A DNA stretch of 34,070 bases from a virus. Taxonomy: Duplodnaviria > Caudoviricetes. The stretch spans positions 1-34,070 of the IMG/VR virus record IMGVR_UViG_3300033514_000463, one strand, 5' to 3'. This document shows, piece after piece, positions 28,247-34,070 of the stretch. How positions within the stretch are numbered: the stretch's first letter is position 1; the number at the start of each line of letters is the position of its first letter. The notes below the pieces were generated by a model. That model was not told the origin of the DNA and ran no database searches. It worked only from the letters and a program-made list of their open reading frames with translations. The position numbers and the translations under genes were made by a program.

Positions 28247-28636
28247 ATGGACATTCTAACACGAGAATTCTGGAATACACAGAAATTAAATGTTTGCTGG
28301 ACTGATTCTGACAAAAGCTTGTTGGAATCGCTCAGCAAAATGATTGATTTAGACGCAACGATCAAACGTCTACAAGATTTTAATTGTCAAAATTGTTTAG
28401 TCTTCACAGATGAGCAAGTAAAATTTGCTTTTGTGAAATGGTTTGAATCAACGATTGAATCGATCGAACAACAACCCGAATGGTACATCAAAAATGAACC
28501 AAAAGTCTTCAAGCAAAATCTTCCTTTCGATAAATTGGAAGAGCTTATGTATTCCGATGATTTGCGCGAATATGATGCTGAACATGTTAGCGAAGCCCTT
28601 GAAGAGGTAGCCATAGATTCAATCTACGACTGGTAA
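28247..28636 (+). CDS. Hypothetical acidic protein
   Basis: AGGTG RBS before ATG 28247. Confidence 0.7.
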   Translation: MDILTREFWNTQKLNVCWTDSDKSLLESLSKMIDLDATIKRLQDFNCQNCLVFTDEQVKFAFVKWFESTIESIEQQPEWYIKNEPKVFKQNLPFDKLEELMYSDDLREYDAEHVSEALEEVAIDSIYDW

Positions 28637-28640
28637 CAGG

Positions 28641-28676
28641 AAAATGGCTGTAGGAGAATTTTCTACAGCCGTTTTT
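28641..28676 (+). terminator. Intrinsic terminator
   Basis: GGCTGTAG / CTACAGCC stem plus T run. Confidence 0.7.
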
Positions 28677-28713
28677 CAAAATCTCTCTTTCTCTTTCTCT
28701 TAACTATTTTACC

Positions 28714-29163
28714 ATGAATTATCTCAAACGACTTGCAGAACTTCGCAAAAAAATTGATTGTTTAAAACTTGAAGCTTCAGCGATCGAACCTGACGCAATT
28801 CTTGAAGCTTTCGAGATTCTTGAATCAGAAACATCAGTAAATGGTAAAAGTGTAGTTTTTTCCGATACTAATGCTAAAATTGTGTTAGTCTTTCGTAGCC
28901 ATTACGATGATGAAATCCCAACAATTAAGCGGTTGGATGAAGATATCGATCGAGAATACGAGAAACTTTGTCAATCAAACGCATTTGTGATCGAGAACAA
29001 CAGAGCTTACATCCAAGAATTACAAGAAATGATTGACATCGCCAAAACAAAACAAGAAACGTTTTTGGTTTCTCCGTACTTAGAACAACTGAGAAAACAA
29101 CGGGCGATCGCATTGCAAAAGACAGAACATAAGGTGCCGAGTTTGGCTATTTATGTTAAATAG
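28714..29163 (+). CDS. Coiled-coil hypothetical protein
   Basis: 149-aa ORF with heptad-like segments. Confidence 0.7.
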   Translation: MNYLKRLAELRKKIDCLKLEASAIEPDAILEAFEILESETSVNGKSVVFSDTNAKIVLVFRSHYDDEIPTIKRLDEDIDREYEKLCQSNAFVIENNRAYIQELQEMIDIAKTKQETFLVSPYLEQLRKQRAIALQKTEHKVPSLAIYVK

Positions 29164-29164
29164 T

Positions 29165-29186
29165 GCTTTCGCTTTGGGTTTTTGAT
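29165..29186 (+). promoter_or_regulatory. Element-specific upstream motif (GCTTTCGCTT-N8-TGAT)
   Basis: 92 nt before ATG 29257 (longer leader). Confidence 0.6.
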
Positions 29187-29256
29187 TTTTTACGCCAATT
29201 TACGGTAAGGCTGAATAGAACCGTACTCAAACAAAAACCAAATTCAGGAGAAACTT

Positions 29257-29994
29257 ATGAACCCTATCATTATCGACAACTTTGCTTTCAGAATTCCTAA
29301 TATTCCGGCACGTTATCGCGCCAATTGCGGGAAAGATTTCGGAATCTTCGTCACCGGAGAAAGCAAAGGCATGAATTGCTCTAAAGCCGAAAAAGCTGGC
29401 TTAACTCGCGGGTCATTTGTAGAAATGGCAGTTTGCGCGCTCGGGAATCGGACACTGACTTTCAAACCTCATTACGAAAATGAATCCTTCACAGAAATTT
29501 GGGGTATCCCAGTTGCTGGCGAAATGAAAACCGCATTCCACGAAAATTGCTCAGAACTTTCAACTTTTCTGATTCACCGTCAATCGCAAGACAAAATCAA
29601 AAGTTTGATTGAAACATTCGGTTGCCAAGCATTCAATTCTTGGGTCACAGAAGGTATGCCCGGAGATGTTAATGAATATGCGATCACCAAAGCATCGGAA
29701 GCATATTTCGCCAACATCTTTCGCTTTGAATTTATCCAAACTGAAGGCAATTACGGACTTTACTTTTACATCAGTACGACTGTCCGCCCACCTTCTACTC
29801 CTTTTGAAAACGCAGCACTGAAAGCTGTTCATCAAATTTACGAATCCGATCGATTAGGAGCTGGTATCTGCATCGACTACCGATTAATCGAAAACGAACA
29901 GCTTTGCTTGGCTATGGCTTCATCACCCGATGCTGCGATCGAACAACAAGCTCTTCCTTCTATTCCTCCAAAACAAATCAAAGGCAAAAGCTAA
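29257..29994 (+). CDS. Hypothetical protein
   Basis: 245 aa, AGGAG RBS. Confidence 0.8.
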   Translation: MNPIIIDNFAFRIPNIPARYRANCGKDFGIFVTGESKGMNCSKAEKAGLTRGSFVEMAVCALGNRTLTFKPHYENESFTEIWGIPVAGEMKTAFHENCSELSTFLIHRQSQDKIKSLIETFGCQAFNSWVTEGMPGDVNEYAITKASEAYFANIFRFEFIQTEGNYGLYFYISTTVRPPSTPFENAALKAVHQIYESDRLGAGICIDYRLIENEQLCLAMASSPDAAIEQQALPSIPPKQIKGKS

Positions 29995-30100
29995 TCCCTC
30001 GACCTGAGTAAGTCGTTAAAACTGCTCAGTGTTATCATGTTTGGCTAATTAATTACTGAGAATAATTAATTAGCCTTTCTAAAAAAATAGGGTAATAAAA

Positions 30101-31000
30101 ATGGGAAACACTAAGATTGAATGGACTGATATCACAGTAAATCCAATTCATTTAATCCGTGAAGACGGTAGCAATGGTGGTCACTGGTGTCATAAAGTTT
30201 CACCTGGATGCGCCAATTGTTATGCAGAAGCGCAAAATCAAAGCAATTATTTCAAGTTTGCTTCGCATCTTCCTTACACAGGCGAAGTTCCTCAGAATCT
30301 CATCTTTGATGAAAAAGTGATGAAGAAATTGCTCAATATGCGATCGCCCAAAAAAATCTTTCTCTGTTCCATGACAGATTTATTTGGTGAATGGGTGCCA
30401 GACGAATGGATTGATAAAATTTTTGCTTATATGGCGATGGCATCCCAGCATACTTTCCAAATCCTTACCAAACGCGCAGAACGGATGCAAAACTATTTCG
30501 ATGGGCTTAGTGCTCGTCGTATCAACGAAGCAGCTTATAAAATTGACAAAACAAGGATAATTCCATTTATACCTTTGCCAAATGTTTGGCTCGGAGTCAG
30601 TGTGGAAAATCAGAAAGCTGCTGATGATCGCATTCCTTTACTTCTTGCAACACCAGCAAAAATTATATTTCTGAGTTGTGAACCATTGTTGGAAGCGATC
30701 GATCTTCGTAAGCATTTCAGAACATCAAATAGTGGCGATATATTGACTTGGCTTGATTATCTACACTTTATTATCATTGGTGGTGAATCCGGTAGCAAAG
30801 CACGACCATGTGATGTGAATTGGATTCGATCGATCGTTCAACAATGCAAACCAACCAACGTCGCTGTATTCGTCAAACAATTAGGTTCCCGTTCGAGCCT
30901 CTCCTCTGGTTTATCAGGTTTGAAACATCACAAAGGTGGTGATATTAACGAATTTCCCGAAGAACTCAAAATCAGACAATTACCCTCCGAAAAATTATGA
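30101..31000 (+). CDS. Phage Gp37/Gp68-family (DUF5131) protein
   Basis: TKIEWTD..NP, C.KVSPGCANCYA, FLCSMTDLF, HTFQILTKR, NVWLGVSVENQ, FLSCEPLL, IIIGGESG, VFVKQLG. Confidence 0.92.
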   Translation: MGNTKIEWTDITVNPIHLIREDGSNGGHWCHKVSPGCANCYAEAQNQSNYFKFASHLPYTGEVPQNLIFDEKVMKKLLNMRSPKKIFLCSMTDLFGEWVPDEWIDKIFAYMAMASQHTFQILTKRAERMQNYFDGLSARRINEAAYKIDKTRIIPFIPLPNVWLGVSVENQKAADDRIPLLLATPAKIIFLSCEPLLEAIDLRKHFRTSNSGDILTWLDYLHFIIIGGESGSKARPCDVNWIRSIVQQCKPTNVAVFVKQLGSRSSLSSGLSGLKHHKGGDINEFPEELKIRQLPSEKL

Positions 31001-31200
31001 AACCTACACTTGACGAATTGAAAAACTTGCCTACGATTCATTCTGGACAATTCAGTGATTTAAAATCTGAAACAGATGATACACGAATCTGGTTATCTCG
31101 ATCGACCACTGAAGATGGAGAACCTTACGACAACAAAGTTACGATCGAACACTTTGATGATGGAAATCTAACAACTACCGAGGAATATCAAGCCAGTTAA
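30997..31200 (+). CDS. Hypothetical acidic protein
   Basis: ATGA overlap with the DUF5131 stop. Confidence 0.65.
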   Translation: MKPTLDELKNLPTIHSGQFSDLKSETDDTRIWLSRSTTEDGEPYDNKVTIEHFDDGNLTTTEEYQAS

Positions 31201-31207
31201 TTCTAAC

Positions 31208-31249
31208 AAAAGGTATCAAGGATTTTAAATCTTTGATACCTTTTTTTTT
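31208..31249 (+). terminator. Repeated terminator, copy 1
   Basis: AAAAGGTATCAAGGATTT..ATCTTTGATACCTTTTTTTTT. Confidence 0.8.
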
Positions 31250-31253
31250 AGGC

Positions 31254-31275
31254 GCTTTCGCTTTGAGATGATGAT
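31254..31275 (+). promoter_or_regulatory. Element-specific upstream motif (GCTTTCGCTT-N8-TGAT)
   Basis: 39 nt before ATG 31293. Confidence 0.65.
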
Positions 31276-31292
31276 GTTTAGGACTAAAAATT

Positions 31293-31679
31293 ATGTCTAA
31301 TATTTCGTCGAATTCCAAAGATGGCTTATGCGCTGTTTTGACTAATCCCACAGAACTGGCATATCGAAAAGGAAATCTTAAGCGCCATTATCCAATTACG
31401 GATAAAAATGGCAAAGTCTGGAAAGACGCTGAAGAAAGTTATAAACACTTCAAGACGGGCAACCTTGAGGAAGACATGAGGATTATGACAAAGATAATAG
31501 TTGCCAAATTACGACAATATCCAGAAATTGTTGTAGCGATCGAAAAGCGAGGTGGAATAGAATGGCTAAAAAGCTGTTCACATATCGTAGGAAGTTTTCC
31601 CTCACGATGGGAAGGCAAAGGCATGAATAGCAATTTTATAAAGTGTTTAGTTAACGCTTATAGAATTGCTACTAATTAG
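31293..31679 (+). CDS. NADAR (YbiA)-like protein
   Basis: YPI..NGKVW.DAEESY..FK ... MTKIIVAKLRQYP ... RWEGKG..SN resembles the NADAR pattern. Confidence 0.5.
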   Translation: MSNISSNSKDGLCAVLTNPTELAYRKGNLKRHYPITDKNGKVWKDAEESYKHFKTGNLEEDMRIMTKIIVAKLRQYPEIVVAIEKRGGIEWLKSCSHIVGSFPSRWEGKGMNSNFIKCLVNAYRIATN

Positions 31680-31684
31680 AATTT

Positions 31685-31725
31685 AAAGGCATTAAGGATT
31701 TAAAACCCTTGATGCCTTTTTTTTT
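31685..31725 (+). terminator. Repeated terminator, copy 2
   Basis: AAAGGCATTAAGGATTTAAAACCCTTGATGCC plus T9. Confidence 0.8.
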
Positions 31726-31754
31726 CTTTGTCTTTGCTAACGCAAAGAATAGGC

Positions 31755-31776
31755 GCTTTCGCTTGAAAGTAATGAT
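31755..31776 (+). promoter_or_regulatory. Element-specific upstream motif (GCTTTCGCTT-N8-TGAT)
   Basis: 42 nt before ATG 31797. Confidence 0.65.
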
Positions 31777-31796
31777 CAATTTTGAGGACTACGGCT

Positions 31797-32012
31797 ATGA
31801 CTCCGATTCTATCAGTTGAATACAAAGGTTTTGAAGTTCGAGTTTATGGTTCTGATTCTTGCTATGAATCAGAAGTCTTAGACACCTCGAACAACGACAA
31901 ATTTGTTTTTCAAAATCAAGGTAGTTCAGTAGCTCTTAATTTAAGAGCTTGTTGCCAAGATATTGATTGGGTTATCTCCCAAAAACAATGTTTGTGGTTT
32001 GATAAAGACTAA
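31797..32012 (+). CDS. Hypothetical protein
   Basis: GAGG RBS; single-gene unit. Confidence 0.65.
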   Translation: MTPILSVEYKGFEVRVYGSDSCYESEVLDTSNNDKFVFQNQGSSVALNLRACCQDIDWVISQKQCLWFDKD

Positions 32013-32019
32013 ATAATTT

Positions 32020-32061
32020 AAAGGCATCAAGGATTCAAAACCCTTGATGCCTTTTTTTTTT
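32020..32061 (+). terminator. Repeated terminator, copy 3
   Basis: AAAGGCATCAAGGATTCAAAACCCTTGATGCC plus T10. Confidence 0.8.
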
Positions 32062-32071
32062 AAAAGAAAGA

Positions 32072-32093
32072 GCTTTCGCCTGAAAGAAATGAT
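32072..32093 (+). promoter_or_regulatory. Element-specific upstream motif (GCTTTCGCCT-N8-TGAT)
   Basis: 38 nt before ATG 32110. Confidence 0.65.
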
Positions 32094-32109
32094 GTATTTG
32101 GAGACGGCT

Positions 32110-32394
32110 ATGTTGAAAATTAATATCGAATGTTTTGCCATTAACTTTAAGAAACTCGAAAACGACAACGAGGGTTCTTGGTTTTCTGGCAAAGCTGGCG
32201 ATTGGCAATGGAACATAGAAAACTTTGGCATGAGTTGGGGGATTGCCTCAACTTTTGATGAAGCTTTTGCAAATGCAAAGAAAGAAATTCAAAGTATCCG
32301 AAAGGATTTTGACGTTTCTGACCATGACATTTACGCTATGGCAAAACCAGAACCTTCGCGTTGGCAGTTACCAACAGACTATTGCGAATTTTAA
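32110..32394 (+). CDS. Hypothetical protein
   Basis: GGAG RBS before ATG 32110; the longer track start lies inside the terminator. Confidence 0.7.
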   Translation: MLKINIECFAINFKKLENDNEGSWFSGKAGDWQWNIENFGMSWGIASTFDEAFANAKKEIQSIRKDFDVSDHDIYAMAKPEPSRWQLPTDYCEF

Positions 32395-32398
32395 ATAG

Positions 32399-32438
32399 AA
32401 GGCATCAAGGATTCAAAACCCTTGATGCCTTTTTTTTT
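32399..32438 (+). terminator. Repeated terminator, copy 4
   Basis: AAGGCATCAAGGATTCAAAACCCTTGATGCC plus T9. Confidence 0.8.
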
Positions 32439-32619
32439 CGGTCAGGACATCAAAATGAGTCAACTAGCCGATTTCATGCTAACTGTACACGACGTTTTCT
32501 GAGTAAATCAGAAGCTTTTTTAACCTCCAAAATTCCGTATTTTTACTGAGGACAAAGATACTGATAATTCCTATAATTCCTATAATGGTACTTTGTCCCC
32601 ATTATTCTCCCAAATTAAA

Positions 32620-33174
32620 ATGATAGTTAATGTTCAACCATATAATGCAATAGTTGTTGGTAAAGGATACAAATGTGTTTCTAAATTTGTATTTGATGGT
32701 GATACATTAAAGTTAGATTTTAAAGGGTTTGAATTTACTGCTAGACTTCAGTGGATAGACACACCTGAAACTCAAAACTTTAAGAAAAGTACAGAGCCAG
32801 CGATGTTGAAACATTGGGCATGGGCAGAACGCGCAAAAACCGCATTAATGGATTTGGTTTACCAAAAATCAATTATTGCTGTTCCACTAGAAAAAGACAG
32901 GTTCGATCGATGGGTTTGTGACTGTTATATCAACAGAATTTCAGCAGCAAATAATATCCAAATTCAACTTTGCAAAGCCGGATTAGCTGTTAGTTATCTA
33001 CCATTTGGTAGGCATGATTTCATCAATCGCGAACTGGTACTATTAAGGGGAGTTATTACCGAAACTGCAAACGCCAACCGTAAAAAAATTGGCATTTGGT
33101 CTGAACCAAATTTCATCTTACCCGCAGATTTCAAAAAGTTACCTTATCCATCAAAACCTGAAAATCAAAATTAG
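32620..33174 (+). CDS. Thermonuclease (SNase) family protein
   Basis: VFDGDTL, RLQWIDTPET, DRFDRW, GLA..Y, A...KIGIWS; TATAAT boxes at ~32572-32586. Confidence 0.88.
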   Translation: MIVNVQPYNAIVVGKGYKCVSKFVFDGDTLKLDFKGFEFTARLQWIDTPETQNFKKSTEPAMLKHWAWAERAKTALMDLVYQKSIIAVPLEKDRFDRWVCDCYINRISAANNIQIQLCKAGLAVSYLPFGRHDFINRELVLLRGVITETANANRKKIGIWSEPNFILPADFKKLPYPSKPENQN

Positions 33175-33183
33175 GAGAAAACC

Positions 33184-33792
33184 ATGAGTTTTATCGATCG
33201 CATTATCGCTTACATGGAAAAGAAAAAGTACAATATTTCTCGTAAAGTTGGAGAAAAAAATATTGTATATGTTGAAGGATGCAATACAGATGGAAAACCA
33301 AATTCTGATGCAGCTAATCATTTTAACGATGTACGCCTTGTTTTTGGATTTGACCTCTTAATTCCCGTGATACAAGGTGTTTGGGAAGCGACAACCGAAC
33401 CCGGTTTCTATTACACCGACAATTCCATGAATCCCAACGGTGCCGCTAGAATTGCCTTCGGACAATACCAAGCTTGGCAAGTTGGCATTCACGGTAACTC
33501 CGAACCTCACGAAGCACTGGAACAAGTTGGTTTAGTTCGAGTTCACCGGGACTACAACCGGGATATGATTCGTACCGGGGATGCGATCGATGAAGGGTAT
33601 TTTGGAATTAATAACCATCATGGTTATGATCACCCTTACTCTGATATTCATACCGCATCTGCTGGTTGTTTGGTCGGACGTACTCGTGAAGGACATAGAG
33701 AATTTATGCGAATAATCAAATCTGATCCCAGGTATATAACTAACAGAAACTACACATTTTCGATAGCTATCATACCTGGAGATAAGCTATAG
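33184..33792 (+). CDS. Putative cell-wall peptidase/endolysin (YkuD-like His/Cys motif)
   Basis: ATTEPG, GINNHHG...SAGCLVG; AGGAG RBS. Confidence 0.6.
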   Translation: MSFIDRIIAYMEKKKYNISRKVGEKNIVYVEGCNTDGKPNSDAANHFNDVRLVFGFDLLIPVIQGVWEATTEPGFYYTDNSMNPNGAARIAFGQYQAWQVGIHGNSEPHEALEQVGLVRVHRDYNRDMIRTGDAIDEGYFGINNHHGYDHPYSDIHTASAGCLVGRTREGHREFMRIIKSDPRYITNRNYTFSIAIIPGDKL

Positions 33793-33914
33793 TTCTTCTC
33801 CTGATTCTTCTTCTGATTCTTCGTAATAATCAGAAGAAGGATCATTATAATCTTCATAATATTTGACTAATTTAACTATCATTTTTTACTGATACTATTT
33901 TAGGTAAAAACAAG

Positions 33915-34070
33915 ATGGATATGAAAATCATTTTGGACATAATGGGAATAACTGGTGGGCTATCCTCTTTTGTATTTTGGATATCATCCAATCATATTTA
34001 CAAAGATGTTATTACCCAAATCAAAGAAATTCGCAATGAAACGAAATTCACAACTGATCACAAGATTATA
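33915..34070 (+). CDS. Partial ORF with N-terminal hydrophobic segment (possible holin-like)
   Basis: MDMKIILDIMGITGGLSSFVFWISS...; open to the window end, downstream of the lysin-like gene. Confidence 0.4.
   Translation, partial: MDMKIILDIMGITGGLSSFVFWISSNHIYKDVITQIKEIRNETKFTTDHKII

Noticed and set aside
31208-32438. Repeated hairpins as integron attC sites or CRISPR repeats
   Set aside because: They end in T9-10 like intrinsic terminators, lack RYYYAAC/GTTRRRY ends, are separated by whole genes, and no integrase is seen.

Overview
This 34 kb window looks like part of a large cyanobacterial mobile element (prophage, phage-plasmid or temperate cyanophage). The host assignment rests on more than 20 HIP1 octamers (GCGATCGC) counted by eye. 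No capsid, terminase, integrase or Rep gene is visible, so the element type is unresolved. Two + strand blocks of short genes (~1-6.7 kb and ~25.4-32.4 kb) flank a central block. That block holds a collagen fibre protein, ATP-dependent DNA ligase, HU, a three-gene minus-strand operon (membrane protein; AlkB-SLOG-DUF4326-SLOG multidomain protein; 1093-aa single-subunit two-barrel polymerase of the eukaryotic RdRP/YonO type), DUF4417, a C5 methyltransferase, five paralogous basic proteins and an origin-like repeat region. Main findings: (1) The RdRP-like polymerase co-occurs with 12 copies of a fixed-spacing, non-sigma70 motif, GCT(T/A/C)TCGC(T/C)T-N8-(T/G)GA, mostly 37-46 nt upstream of start codons, suggesting a private transcription system. 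(2) A four-copy covarying hairpin/pseudoknot sits where the Shine-Dalgarno site should be. (3) The C5 methyltransferase has motif IX encoded by a nested alternate-frame ORF, as in M.EcoHK31I. (4) A tandem family of five Lys/Ala-rich 11-mer-repeat proteins. (5) Single-gene cassettes are bounded by near-identical terminator plus motif units. All family assignments come from motif recognition by eye, not database searches.
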